Of a stretch of DNA of 64,000 bases, positions 24,725 to 37,816 are shown piece after piece. Position numbers and translations under genes: made by a program. Source of the stretch: Octopus bimaculoides (lineage: Eukaryota); contig NC_068996.1 of the NCBI RefSeq assembly GCF_001194135.2, forward strand, positions 36,412,084 to 36,476,083, in the 5' to 3' direction. A model generated the notes under the pieces. That model did no database searches and was not told the DNA's origin. It was given only the letters and a program-made list of their open reading frames with translations. The number at the start of each line of letters is the position of its first letter. Positions within the stretch are counted from its first letter, which is position 1.

Positions 24725-25130
24725 ATAATAATCCTTTCTACTATAGACACAAGGTCTGAAATTGTTGGGGGGGGGGGAGACTAGTCGATTACATTGACCC
24801 CAGTGTTTTACTAGTACTTAATTTATCGACCTCAAAAGGATGAAAGGCAAAGTTAACACCGGCGGAATTTGAACTCAGAACGTAGCGATAGGCGAAATAC
24901 CACTAAGCAATTTGTCCAGCATGCTAACGATTCTGTCAGCACACCGCCTTGCAGTAATAATAATAATAATAATAATATTTCAAATTTTGGCACTAGGCCA
25001 GCAATTTTAGGGATACGGAGTTTGTCCAAAACATTGATCTCCCAGTAGTTGACTGAAACTTGAGGACTGAAAACATAAGAAATCAGAATAAATGCCACTC
25101 AATATTTTGTCCCCCACACTAACAGTAAAA
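24725..25130 (-). mobile_element. Two tandem SINE family B copies
   Basis: Reverse complements separated by (AAT)n; second copy more decayed. Confidence 0.8.
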
Positions 25131-25620
25131 CTACATTTATGATAATCAACTTTTGTATTTTACACACATGATATTCAAGACACGGCAGCATCATGTGATT
25201 TTGCTTACGAATAAGATGAACCATATTCAACAATATCTATTGAATATATAAATGCAATGCAGTTTCTACCGGTCTTTTGGCAACCAATCAAATCTTCATA
25301 ACTAATCGCATTTCGATGCATGCATTAACAAATATTTTTGCTTTTATATTATCACACTACTTCCTTCCATCTTCAATTGTTTGAATAATGAGCAAACATG
25401 AAGCTCAGAGTAACGATTCAAAGTATTTCAGCATTTGAATATTGTGTGTGTGTTAACAGCCACACAAGTGCTGAATGATACATCACAAGTGTTTCAGGTA
25501 ATATAAGTATAACCTTGATAATACACTTGTGTGTGTGTTTGTGTTTGTATTATCTTCATCATTATCATCATTTGCCACAAGTCGTTGGTATTTGTCTACA
25601 CGATTAGAATATAACCAAAC

Positions 25621-26026
25621 ATAGGCGCAGGAGTGGCTGTGTGGTAAGTAGCTTGCTTACCAACCACATGGTTCCGGGTTCAGTCCCAGTACATGGCACT
25701 TTGGGCAAGTGTCTTCTACTATAGCCTCGGGCCGACCAAAGCCTTGTGATTGGATTTGGTAGACGGAAACTGAAAGAAGCCCGTTGTATATATGTATATA
25801 TATATGTATGTATGTGTTTGTGTGTCTGTGTTTGTCCCCCCCCCCCAACATCGCTTGAAAACCGATGCTGGTGTGTTTATGTCCCCGTAACTTAGCGGTT
25901 CGGCAAAAGACACCGATAGAATAAATACTAGGCTTCCAAAGAATAAGTCCTGGGGTCGATTTGCTCGACTAAAAGCGGTGCTCCAGCATAGCCACAGTCA
26001 AATGACTGAAACGAGTAAAAGAGTAA
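25621..26026 (+). mobile_element. SINE family A, full length (reference copy)
   Basis: tRNA-like head AGGCGCAGGAGTGGCTGTGTGGTAAG..GGTTCAGTCCC, internal (TA)/(TG) microsatellite, tail GAAACGAGTAAAAGAGTAAA. Confidence 0.95.
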
Positions 26027-26480
26027 ACTTCTCCTGGTTTCCATCTTCAGCAGTTGTGGTCTAGTGTGGTACCCGTCAAAAGGGACGGGGTTTATTGTTA
26101 TCTCCTTCAGTATGTGTTTGTATTTATGTTTCAGACATTGCTTCATTCTTCTTCACGTGTTTTAGTAATTTTTTTTTTACTTCTTTCAGTTATCCTTTTT
26201 GTTTTCGCTCACACTTCTTTATTATTCTGAGTGACTCACAATTCATCGACCCTTCTTTGTATATCAATTTCGTTCTCTATATATTATGCAGCTGTAAAGT
26301 TGCTCAAGCGATTAAAGAGTTTTCTGCGTTGCACTCAAATTCAGATAATGTATGAAACTATTGACTCTTGTATCACGTTGTAGCTGTATAAAAAAAAAAA
26401 AAATACATATACACACTTATGTATTGAATCATCTTTCTATTGTTTGTCTAAAACACACACACAGACATTTTGAGATGTTT

Positions 26481-26840
26481 GTTTTACTTAAATATTTTAG
26501 TCATTAGACTGCGGCCATACTGGAGCTCCGTTTTGAGGAATTTTAGCCAAACTAATCATCTCAGTACATATCATTTTTAAAGCCTGATATTTATTCTATC
26601 GGTCTTTTTGACTAAACCTCTATGTTACGATAATATCAACACATCAAAATCAGTTGTCAAGCTGTGGATGGAGATACACAGAGACACACACACACAAATA
26701 TGATGGTCTTCTTTCAGTTTCCACTCACAAGGCTTTGGTTGCCACGAGGCTATACGAAAAGACACCTGCCCAAGTTGTCACGCACTGAACCTAGAACCAT
26801 GTAGTTATGAAGCAAACTTCTTACCACACAACCAAGCCTG
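26481..26840 (-). mobile_element. SINE family A, inverted relative to 25621
   Basis: Reverse-complement collinearity. Confidence 0.85.
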
Positions 26841-27199
26841 CTGCAATATATTGTGTGTTGAAATACAGTCTATGCTTGAATCATCAGACACTGATGTTTC
26901 AACTTCATTTGTTCTCCTCAGTGACGAGCAACTCTTCGTAGATAAATCTGAGCGAAGTTGAAATATTAGTTTCGATATAGAATTCGGTAAGCAAAATATT
27001 CACCCGAAGAATTTTGTCACTGACAGAATGTCGTCAGCAGATCTGGCGAACTTCTAGGTGAGACTATTTTTGATGCAAAAGAATCTCTGAAAGTTTCTCT
27101 TGAGACACAACATTACAGCTAGTACCGGTCTACTTTTGTAAATACATTGTAAATGTTAAACACATTGGTATAAATATTTGTAGGTACATATGTACATGT

Positions 27200-27562
27200 G
27201 CTTAGTACAATCTCTTTCTCTCTCTATGTGTTTGTGTGTGTATGTGTCTGTGTGTATGTATATATATATATGTATTTATATGTATGTCTATATGTGTTTG
27301 TGTATATTTATATACATGTGTGTGTGTGTGTATATATGTATATCTATCTATCTATATATATATATTTATGTATCTATCAGTATATATACATATATTTATC
27401 TATCTGTATATATATATATATATGTGTGTGTATCTATATATATATCTATCTATCTATCTCTCTCTATATATGTATGTATGTATGTATGTATCTATCTATC
27501 TATGTATCTATCTATCTATGTCTATCTATCTATGTATGTATGTATCTAACTATATATATATG

Positions 27563-27593
<31 letters not shown>

Positions 27594-28017
27594 ATATATT
27601 TATATATATATGTATCNNNNNNNNNNNNNNNNNNNNNNNNNNNNNNNNNNNNNNNNNNNNNNNNNNNNNNNNNNNNNNNNNNNNNNNNNNNNNNNNNNNN
27701 NNNNNNNNNNNNNNNNNNNNNNNNNNNNNNNNNNNNNNNNNNNNNNNNNNNNNNNNNNNNNNNNNNNNNNNNNNNNNNNNNNNNNNNNNNNNNNNNNNNN
27801 NNNNNNNNNNNNNNNNNNNNNNNNNNNNNNNNNNNNNNNNNNNNNNNNNNNNNNNNNNNNNNNNNNNNNNNNNNNNNNNNNNNNNNNNNNNNNNNNNNNN
27901 NNNNNNNNNNNNNNNNNNNNNNNNNNNNNNNNNNNNNNNNNNNNNNNNNNNNNNNNNNNNNNNNNNNNNNNNNNNNNNNNNNNNNNNNNNNNNNNNNNNN
28001 NNNNNNNNNNNNNNNNN

Positions 28018-28090
<73 letters not shown>
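27200..28090. repeat. Compound (TA)/(TCTA)/(TG) microsatellite with gap
   Basis: Direct. Confidence 0.95.
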
Positions 28091-28094
<4 letters not shown>

Positions 28095-28114
28095 CCATAT
28101 ATATGTATGCATGT

Positions 28115-28255
28115 ATGAATCGCGGACACGCCAAACAAAAATGCTTAGCCCCTTTGTCTTTCTTTAAGTTCTATATCCAATTGCTACTCAGGTCGATGTG
28201 ACCGACTTACCTCCACCACCGAAATTGCTGGCATTGTGCTAAAATTTGAAACCAA
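28115..28255 (+). mobile_element. SINE family B, internally deleted
   Basis: AAAATGCTTAG..GTCGATGTGACCGACTTACC..GCTGGCATTGTGCTAAAATTTGAAACC. Confidence 0.7.
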
Positions 28256-28621
28256 TATTTATTGCACTGCAGAAGCTATGCTGTTTACCGATGTTTCGCT
28301 ATCAGCAGCATGCGTGAAACTCTGAGTAGTAAGAAAGTGTAAGCTCAGAATTTAGTGACTAATGAATACTCTACTTCTGTGCCGAGAATCTCTCTGACTT
28401 GTTTACCAGCTCAAATCTTTAGTGTGTTGTGTGTATGTATGTGGGCAGTGTCCGATGATTGTGTTGGGACACCAAACATGCTCTGAAACAATGGGGACCT
28501 GTTCTCAGCACATGAAACTAATAGTAGCAAGTAAAAACACATATTGTGTTTATAAAATAATATTTATCTCTCATCAGATGGAGTACTTTTTTTGCTGATC
28601 TCAGAACATACACCATATACA

Positions 28622-28657
<36 letters not shown>

Positions 28658-28675
28658 CGTATATATATATACACG

Positions 28676-28706
<31 letters not shown>

Positions 28707-28809
28707 GTATGTATGAAAATTTTTTCCTCCATTCAGACATTGGACTAAGGTCATGTGGGTGCAACAGTCTGGAAGGGTGGTAGTCGAACAAACTGACGCA
28801 ATACTTATT

Positions 28810-28914
28810 TGTACTTAGTACTTATTCTATCGGTTTCCTTTTGCCAAACCGCTAATTTAAGAGGACGTAAACAAACCAGAACCGGTTGTCAAGCAATGGT
28901 GAGGGACAAAGTTG

Positions 28915-28948
<34 letters not shown>

Positions 28949-29150
28949 GTAAATTTGGAAGACAGAAACTGAAAAAGAGCTCATTGTATACAATCACACA
29001 CACACAAACAACGGCCCTTTTTTTTCAGTTCAGTTTTTCAAATCTACTTACAATTATTCGGTTAGTCTGGGATTGTAGTAAAAGACATTCGAAGAAGGTT
29101 CCACGCAGTGGGAAAGAACCTAGAAACATGTTGTTAGGAAGAAACCTCTT
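28810..29150 (-). mobile_element. SINE family A, decayed
   Basis: TAGTACTTATTCTATCGG..CGGTTGTCAAGC..CCACGCAGTGGGA. Confidence 0.7.

Positions 29151-29152
<2 letters not shown>

Positions 29153-29239
<87 letters not shown>
29153..29239. repeat. (CA)n microsatellite
   Basis: Direct. Confidence 0.98.
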
Positions 29240-29240
<1 letters not shown>

Positions 29241-31554
29241 TTCGTGTAAGAAGCAGTTGTGACAGTGAAATGATATTTAGAAAACTGTGGAACTTCTTTG
29301 TTCAACTGGCGCCTCTTGAGAGAAAGACAAATATAGTGATGGTTGTATGCGCATGTGTTTGTTTGTATGGGGTGGGTAGTGCCATAGTATGATGGTATTA
29401 AGGTAAGATGTTTACCCTGCAGCTAATATCTTTCAATAGAAGACTTGGTTAAATAAGATATACCGCGCACACTTAATATCCGTAAATGAGAAATGGCCAT
29501 ATTGTTTTATATGCGTGTATGTGTGTGCATGTATTTCCCGATAGAAGTGTTGGTTTTCAGTTCTTCAATCCCGAAGCTATTTTCCTCAGCTTGATTCATC
29601 GGTTGGACAAAGGTTTGTGTGTCACCACACACACCTACACACTAACACACGCATACACGCATATACATTCATGCGCTCACTGATGCACGCATACGTACGT
29701 GTAGGCACGTACATATACAGGCAAATGCACGCGCGCGCTTACTCACACAGGCACACACATTTCTCTGGTATAAGATTTTAGTTGGGTAATATCTACCCCT
29801 GCAACTAATATTCTTAGATTGGCTGCCGTGAGAGTCATTTGAGAAAGTCCTACTCTCGCATATAAACCGTTTTCTTTGTCTTTCAGCAGCTATTTTTTCT
29901 TATGGCTCGCCTACTTTTATTATAATTTATCAATTTTCTCTCATCTTATTTAATGCTTCCCCCTGTTTCTTCTTGTTTATTTCCCTCCTCCCCTGCTTCA
30001 CTTCCTTCCTTGATTTTAGACGTGTTTTCTCTATCACCCCTCTTCTCTTTCCTTTGCGTAGCCCATTTTTTCTCTAAAGAAACAAAATATCTTACCCTAC
30101 TCCCAATTATCGCTTCGTCTTCTTTACTCCCTTTTATTGTCCCCCTCTCTTTTCTCATCCCTGGCCTAGCTCTCTCTCATTACCTCCCCCTCTCTCTTTA
30201 ATAATCTTCAACTCTCTTTAATCTGTTATTTTCTCCTCCCACCTCCTCTTTCTACCCTATCGCCACTCATCACACATAAGGCGCGCGCGATCCCTGTTAC
30301 GTTTTGTTTTTCTTAGCGCTTATTTCACTCACAATTCTAGCCTCACTAATTATATACAACTCCTCTTTAGTACAAGCCACCGTTATTTTTCTAGTCCTCT
30401 TTTCTTCACTCTCTCTTTCATATACACATGCATCACTCTTTCTCTCTATTCCCTACTCTCTTGTAATATTCTTTCTTTCACGTTCAATCATTATATGCTT
30501 TCTTCATCCCTCTTACTTAAAAAGTTGAGAGGTGATGTACTGAGTGACTTCGAGGGGGAGGGGGGAACCTTCAATTAATTGAATTGCTCTGTTAGAGAAA
30601 GAAAACAAAAACCTAACGGTAATTGTTAGTAGCTCTCATACCAAAAGGGAGATAATTTCAAGAAATTGAGCATTAATTTCACTAAATGGATTTAGGTGGA
30701 AATTGTGTTTGCAAAAGAGGGGAAACAACTACAAACCTGTTTTGGTATTATTCGACCTCAACAGCAGTGTTTAGTTTACTCAAACCTACTTTGACAGTAG
30801 ACAAGGTAATTACAAAGATATTTGGCTGGAATTATTTGCATAAATTTTTAAAAAACGGAAATGAGCCAAGGGAAATGACTCAAATAGATCAATGGAGTCT
30901 TATTTCTTCTACCTGGATGTTTCATAAATAAATATGTTGTTTTCGTGTATGTGTTCCCTATACTTTTCTTTGAGACTCTCTTATATTGAGTTGGTTTTCT
31001 TTTTCTCGCTTTCTGTCCCCTTCCTTAGCCCCGTCTCCGTTTGTCTTCCATTCCATCTTCTCTTTTGTATTATCTCTCTCACCTATTTGAATCTCACCGT
31101 CTCTATCTCTCCCCCTCCCTTTTCTCTAATACCCTTTTCCTTATCTCACTCTCACCTTACTTCAGACGACCATCTCTCCCTCTTTCTTTTTCTTTCTTTC
31201 GACACTCCTCTTTTAGTTCCCTTTCCGGCTTTCTTATTTTGCTCTTTTCTTCACGTATACACGCTCTCCTCCCCTTCTTCGCTCGCGCTATCACTCACCG
31301 CTACCCTCTTACTATTTACACATCTGTTATCTCCTTACGTAAACTTGTTCTCTTCGTTTTTTTAAATGCTTTTTCTTAAGTTTTCCTTCTCTACTTGGCC
31401 GTCCACTTATCATTTATCTAATATTTCCTTCCTAATCTCCTTTGTTTTTAATTTACAACTCTTCCATTTTATAATTCTCTACTGACACTTTTTATATGTA
31501 CTACATCTTAGTAATTCTAACCACAAAATAATTTTCAGTTATTGTTGTTTCGTT

Positions 31555-31604
<50 letters not shown>

Positions 31605-32654
31605 AGACCAAAGAAAAGAAAAGCTCTGGATCTTTGGAAATGCAGTTCTCAACATTTGCAAAGAAATGAGAAAGTCCTTTGTTTTTCTTTCAAGAACTTC
31701 TTGAAGTTTCAACCCACTTTTATTTCATATCCTCCCCTCTCTCTTTCACCTTTCTTCTATAAATTACAATAATATCTATTTAGTCGACGATCGGTCATAG
31801 TCTAGAAAATCAATACTCAAGAGCATTCCAACCATGACCACCGTGTCTATTCAGTTAGCGGAATAAATTTTTCCAGTCTGTTTTTTACTTTTCTTTTTCA
31901 GACGAAGGTGATTTAGCTTTTGGGTTGCTATTTCTAGCATATTTAGTAACTGTATACTGGATACCTCTGTTTATTTGACTTGTTGCTTTATTGGTTGGTT
32001 ATACTTCTGAATTCAGGGTGTTTTTTTTCCTTTAAAAGAATTTCACTTTTTGAGAGTCAACTCTATCGTCATCGTCGTTGCTATGATCATCATCAGGGGC
32101 TCTTTATTATGAATAACAAACAAGGGGTTTGCTTTCCGTAGAATCTACAATATAGAGAGGTTAGCAACACAAGCTGAAACACAGCTGGTTCATGAGGACA
32201 TAGGGAAAAGGTTGGGGATGGTGCTAATGTAAAACACTTTCGGTACACTCTGTAAAGTGGTTGGCATTTGGAACAACATACAGCTATAGAAAGCAAGCCA
32301 AAAATAAAACATACGTGACGTGGCTCTCCGACTTGTCTAAAAACTTGAACCATGATGACCCATCTAACCCATGCTGGCATGAAAAGCAGACATAAAATGA
32401 TGATGATGATAATGTTGCGTTATTACTAAATTCTATGTCTAGTGATTGACTTATTTATCGATTTCTTTTCTAAATACTATAAACAGAACAGTTTTGTTCT
32501 GAACCAACACTATTTTTGATTTCTTTGGCAAACAGCCATTAGCAGGTGATAACAATAATAACCAAAATATAGAACACAACTTAAACAGCATATACTGTTT
32601 GATTAATTCCTCCCCCCCCCAAAAAAAAAACGCCATGAAATGTCATTGATTAAC

Positions 32655-33460
32655 AGTTACAAGGCAATGGTGACTTGGCAGATAGCTAAAGGCTCCCAGA
32701 GTAAGAAGCTACTAGAAATGGTTATAGACTTCTGCAAGACAATAGCCAATTGGAAGCTTACTATGGACTCCAAGACAATGGTTAATTGGCAGATAGCTAG
32801 ACTTGTGCCAGACGGTAAACAGTTGACTGATAGCTAGAGTATTCTGCAAGACAGCAAATTATTGATAGATAGCTGGAATCTTCTGCAAGACATCAAACAG
32901 TTGGCAGGTAGCTACAGTCTTCTACAAGAAGCAAACGGTTGGTAGTAGATGGCTAGAGTCTTCTGCAAGACAATAGTCAATTGGCATATTACATTTTTAT
33001 TCTTTTTATTCTTTCACTTGTTTCAGTTATTTGGCTGTGGCCATGCTGGAGCACCGCCTTTAGTCGAACAAATCGACCCCAGGACTTATTCTTCATAAGC
33101 TTAGTACTTATTCTATCAATCTCTTTTGCTGAACCACTAAGTTACAGGGATATAATAAAAAACCAACAATGGTTGTCAAGCGATGGTGGGGAGAACAAAC
33201 ATACACGCACAAATGCATACACACACACGCACATACACATATATGATGGGCTTCTTTCAGTTTCCGCCTACCAAATCCACTCACAAGGCTATGATCAGCC
33301 CAAGGCTATAGTAGAAGACACTTACCCAAGGTACCACATAGTGAGAGTGAACTTGGAACTTCATGGTTGGGAAGCAAGCTTCTTACCACACAGCCACTCC
33401 TGCTAGAATTCTGTAAGACAATTGTTGATTGTGGCATCTTGCTAAAAGCTCCTGCAAGAT
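32655..33460. repeat. Degenerate minisatellite of about 39 bp, interrupted by a SINE
   Basis: Unit about TTGGCAGATAGCTAGAGTCTTCTGCAAGACAATAGTCAA, about 8 copies to 32990, resuming after 33403. Confidence 0.8.
32995..33403 (-). mobile_element. SINE family A, full length
   Basis: Reverse complement of the 25621 copy. Confidence 0.92.
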
Positions 33461-33703
33461 AATGCTCTACTATCGGGTAACTAGAGTCTCAGTAGTACAA
33501 TTGAAAGTTCAGTTGCTAAAGGAGAGGTCAATTATCACATAAAAATTAATTCAAAAGCCATAATATTCAACATAGATATCAATTTAATGGAAGGAGTGCA
33601 TATCTTTAGTATATAATATTTGGTTTATATTCTTTTTGTTGTTTATAGTATATATGCAAGCTGCTGGGAGCAAATTAGAGGACCTTAGGACTTTACTTTA
33701 GAC

Positions 33704-33967
33704 TAGTGGTTCTCAACCAGGGTTCATATGACCCTTGGCAGGGTTCTGTATAAGATTTTGCTGTTCAAATTTATGTACAATAAATTGGTTATACTTCTAC
33801 AATGCACAGAATATTTTAATAATTATTCTTATAACAATTCTTGATAATATTTGATTATAAAAATATAATTGAATTTTTAAAAACATCAAATGTGTATAGG
33901 GCTCCAGTTGAGTAAAGACAGGAATCAAAGGGGTCCATAGATGTAAAAGAAAAATGGTTGAGATGCT
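33704..33967. mobile_element. hAT-type MITE
   Basis: TAGTGGTTCTCAACCAGGG..GGGGTCCATAG..AAATGGTTGAGA. Confidence 0.75.
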
Positions 33968-34101
33968 TTTGCTAATTGTACTAGGCACCTGTGTCGTTGC
34001 TGGCAGAATGTACCTGTGTGGTTGTGGGCAGAGATAGACATCCTCTCAACTCCCACCCTTTAACCCTGCAGCACATCTAGAGGTGTGATAGTTGGCAGGA
34101 A

Positions 34102-34141
<40 letters not shown>

Positions 34142-34354
34142 GCACAAGCACTTGGCTGGTACTAATTTTCAGCTAATTTGACTGGAGCAACAGCAATATA
34201 AAATAAAATGTATTGCCCAACAGCAATATAAAATAAAATGTATTGCCAACACACCACTTAATCCAGGAATAGAATCCATACCGTCATCATGTGTTGAATA
34301 CCCTATCCATGAAGCCACATGCCTTCATAGCACTTTACTTTTATATCTAGTAAT

Positions 34355-34545
34355 ATTGGTTTCAAATTTTGGCACAAGGCCAGCAATTTTGATTTCAGTT
34401 TTCACCTGATATTTATTTTATCGATCACAAGAGGATGAAAGGCAAAGTTGACCTTGGCAGGATTCGAACCCAGAATGTAAAGACTGGATGGTCTGTCACT
34501 AAGCATTTTGCCTAGTGTACTAACGACTCTGCCAGCTCACAGTCT
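34355..34545 (-). mobile_element. SINE family B
   Basis: Reverse-complement match. Confidence 0.8.
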
Positions 34546-34801
34546 CAGCTACATCTGGTAATATTAATAAGTTTCATATATTGAGTACTTATCATATGAT
34601 ATATTCTATGCATTACTAAATATATTAAGATGTACTGTAATAATACTAACTTTAACAAGCTCTCACATCTCTGGTTTTCAGTATACTGTATACTGTAATA
34701 TATATTATTTAATATATAGTATATTATATACTAAGATGTGCTTTAAAGTATTCTGCAACACATATTTATTTAGTCTTGAAATGTTTAGGACTTTATATAT
34801 A

Positions 34802-34952
34802 CATCATCATCATCATCATCGTTTAACGTCCGCTTTCCATGCTAGCATGGGTTGGATGACTTGACTGAGGACTGGTGAAACCGGATGGCAACACCAGGCT
34901 CCAATCTAAATTTGGCAGAGTTTCTACAGCTGGATGCCCTTCCTAACGCCAA

Positions 34953-34955
<3 letters not shown>
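34802..34955 (-). mobile_element. (GAT)n-tailed RTE-type element, 3' part
   Basis: Near identical to 24023-24190. Confidence 0.85.
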
Positions 34956-35013
<58 letters not shown>

Positions 35014-35639
35014 GTTGTAAATGAGTGTCACTGTCAGACAAGCAGTGTTGTTCATTTTCAGTATTCTGTGAAAACATGTCTGGCCGTGGGGAGGAGGGAT
35101 ATTACTTTACTTGTAAACAAATGCAGGTTGGCAACAGGAAAGGCATTCAGCCAGAGAAAATCTGCCTCTATAAATTTTGTCCAACCTATGATATTTGATT
35201 ATATAATTATTAGGGAAGAAGGAAAAATAAACACAAACTTCCCAATTTGACCTTTCCCTGGAATATTTATAGAATGTTTATGTACTGAGTTGAACTAATG
35301 GGTGAGCTTCTACAGGGTCACTAGACCTCCTAAAAGCAACAGTCAAACTTATTGTGGTATTTAATTTCATCCTTTTTATGTTCTCAGATGCTTTCTCCAC
35401 ACCTGTTTTGTCTTCATTCTATATACCTTTGCCTGCTTCACATCCACTCAGACCTATTCTACACATCTATTTCACCTTCTCTCAGACCCATTCAACATAC
35501 TTGTCTCACCTTCTCACCATTTTTTTTTTTACTAATCTAGTTTCAAGCTTTATACACACTCATTGTTTTCAATTCCAATTGTTGTTTGAACCAGCTCTTT
35601 TGATTATCAACCCTGTCTTAATTTACTTATAATTTATGT

Positions 35640-35960
35640 ACCAGTAATACCAGGACTTAATCGTTCTAAGCTTAGTACTTATTCAATTGGTCTCATTTTA
35701 CCGAATCACTATGTTATGGGGACATAAATACACCTGCATTGGTTGTCAGCGATGGTGGGTAGGTGGGTGGGGGGATAAATACAGACACATGCACATAAAT
35801 ATATATATTATTTCAGTTTCTGTCTACTAAATCCACTCACAAGGCTTTGGTCTCCCTGAGGCTATAGTAAAAGACACTTACCCAAGGTGCATGTAGTGGG
35901 ACTGAACCCAGAACCATGTAGTTGGGAAGCAAGCTTCTTACCACACAGCCACTCTTGTGT
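35640..35960 (-). mobile_element. SINE family A
   Basis: Reverse-complement match, CpG-decayed. Confidence 0.85.
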
Positions 35961-37202
35961 CTTTGTTCAATTTCATGATTGCATTGGATCACTATGTCTC
36001 ACAGAATCTTTATCTTGTTATTCTTGATTACTCCTGCAAGGGTTTGCCTGTACCATGTCCTTTGTTCTATCCAATGCATACCTTTATTATTGTTATTTAG
36101 TAGTAATGGTGGTGGTGGTGGTGGTAGTAGTAATAGTAGTAGCAGCAGCAGCAGTAGTATACACAGTGATGTTTCTGTTATGTCAAACCAGAAAAACAAA
36201 ACAAAACTCTCTCACCCCAACTGCTTTCAAAAGGAAAGAAATTAAAAAAATAATACTAAAAAAAAAGGGAAGAAAAAAAAAAACACTGCAAACAGTTTGT
36301 TGTTTCTTATGCTGAAACTCTTGTACATTAATTCTTGCGAAACTTACTGTGTTCTCAGTGATTTCAACATGGGAAATGGTTCTGAAGAAATTGGAAGGCT
36401 GCCACACTTGTACTAATAATAATAATAATAATATTTGATGGTTGGTTACTTCATTCATTAGCAATAATTATGGTTTTATTATGGAAGATAATGTTACCGT
36501 GGCAATTTGAAAATTATAGCCCTCTGCAAGTACTATCACTTAATGTCTGTCTGTCTGTCTCTCGTATGTATCTCTCTTTTGATATATACATAGAGATGTA
36601 GAAAAAATAGACAGATAGATAGATGGATGGACAGACGGACGGACAGACAAAGATATAGATAGCTAGAGATAGCTGGAGACACATCACTCTTGCTGAAGTA
36701 CAGAAAATGTTTATCTTCTCATTTCATTTGGTTTTACATCCATTTTTTCTCATGCCAGTATAGTTCCAATGAATATATTATTATTGAGGCATTGTTTTAC
36801 CAGTGAGATACCCTTTCTGTCTCAAACTGTTACATGTTTTTTCAAGTAAGAGAGTTCTTTGAAAGCACTAAGAACAGCAAATGACAACAATGTACCGCTT
36901 GTAGCTCAGATATTTCAGAGAAGTGCAAATGTAAACAAGCACGCACGCACGCACACACACGCATGCACGCACACACACATGCATGCACGCACACACACAC
37001 ACACATACACACACACTGCATCACTGAAATTTTCTCTGTTTTCCCATTTCCCGACAGGAACCAACTGTTTATGCTCTCTTTTGAACAATGTTCCATTCCC
37101 CCTCTACTCTCTAGATTACTATTGTTATTCAACTCCTTGTCTTTAAACTCAAGCCTCCGCTTATCACACCACAACAATCCCCATCTCTTAAGCTATTTGT
37201 GC

Positions 37203-37635
37203 TTAACCCCTTGGCATTCAAATTTTTCTATCGAATGTAATGCTTATTTATTCACATTATTTTGAATCAACCATGCATTATCTCATAGCTTTGAGATTTC
37301 AGTGATGTGATTGTTTATTTTTAGAATGACATTGTAGGGTGGGTGTGAGAGGCTGGATTCCGGTCACTTTGAACATAAAAGTAGGCAGAATATTTAGGTT
37401 GGATATGGCTGTTTTAATCCTTCAACATTCAGATTATTTTGTCAAATATAATGCTTATTTATTCATGTTTTGAATTAATCATGCATTATCTTGTAGCTTC
37501 AAGTTTTCAATGAAGTGGTTGTTTGTTTTTTTAGAACAACATTGTTGAGTAAATATTAGAGGTCAGGTCTTGTAGGCTTGAACTTAAAACGAGTAGAATA
37601 TTTGGACCAAATATGGCCAGCTTAAATGCTAAAAC
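37203..37635. mobile_element. Tandem pair of TTAA-flanked (piggyBac-like) MITEs
   Basis: TTAACCCCTTGGCATTC..ATGCATTATCTCATAGCTTTGAG..ATATGGCCAGCTTAAATGCTAAAA; same family at 42996, 58135, 58745. Confidence 0.7.
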
Positions 37636-37687
37636 TTTAAGCTTGTTGCCACATTCCCTAAATCCTCTGTCAAATCAACAAACTCAC

Positions 37688-37816
37688 AAGATGAAATGTT
37701 TGCTTCCTCATCCCTGCAAGAGGCTTTCAAGGGACGATGCTTAGTTCTGGTTCCATTTTGTGAAGCAGTTGAGATGTACTTATCTTCCCCCACCCTGCCA
37801 TTGGATTTAAAACAAC
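37688..37816 (-). CDS. Candidate coding exon (129 nt, phase 1-1) of an unidentified gene
   Basis: Acceptor TCATTTACCTGTTATAG, donor GTGAGT; open frame GCFKSNGRVGEDKYISTASQNGTRTKHRPLKASCRDEEANISS; may instead read through to the stop at 37629 (..CEFVDLTEDLGNVATSLKF*). Confidence 0.4.

Noticed and set aside
25621-25690. tRNA-like A/B boxes here and at other SINE heads
   Set aside because: No full cloverleaf; they continue into SINE bodies, so they are not tRNA genes.
34189-34248. 30-bp direct tandem duplication
   Set aside because: Simple local slippage with no further structure; a similar 24-bp case lies near 48050-48125.
36348-36381. 34-nt minus-strand segment with strong acceptor and GTAAGT donor
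   Set aside because: Direct splicing from the 37688 donor creates TAA; such pairs also occur on the plus strand by chance.
37727-37816. Alternative frame VVLNPMAGWGK resembling a DAG/sphingosine kinase motif
   Set aside because: Stop after 29 codons and no other kinase motifs nearby.
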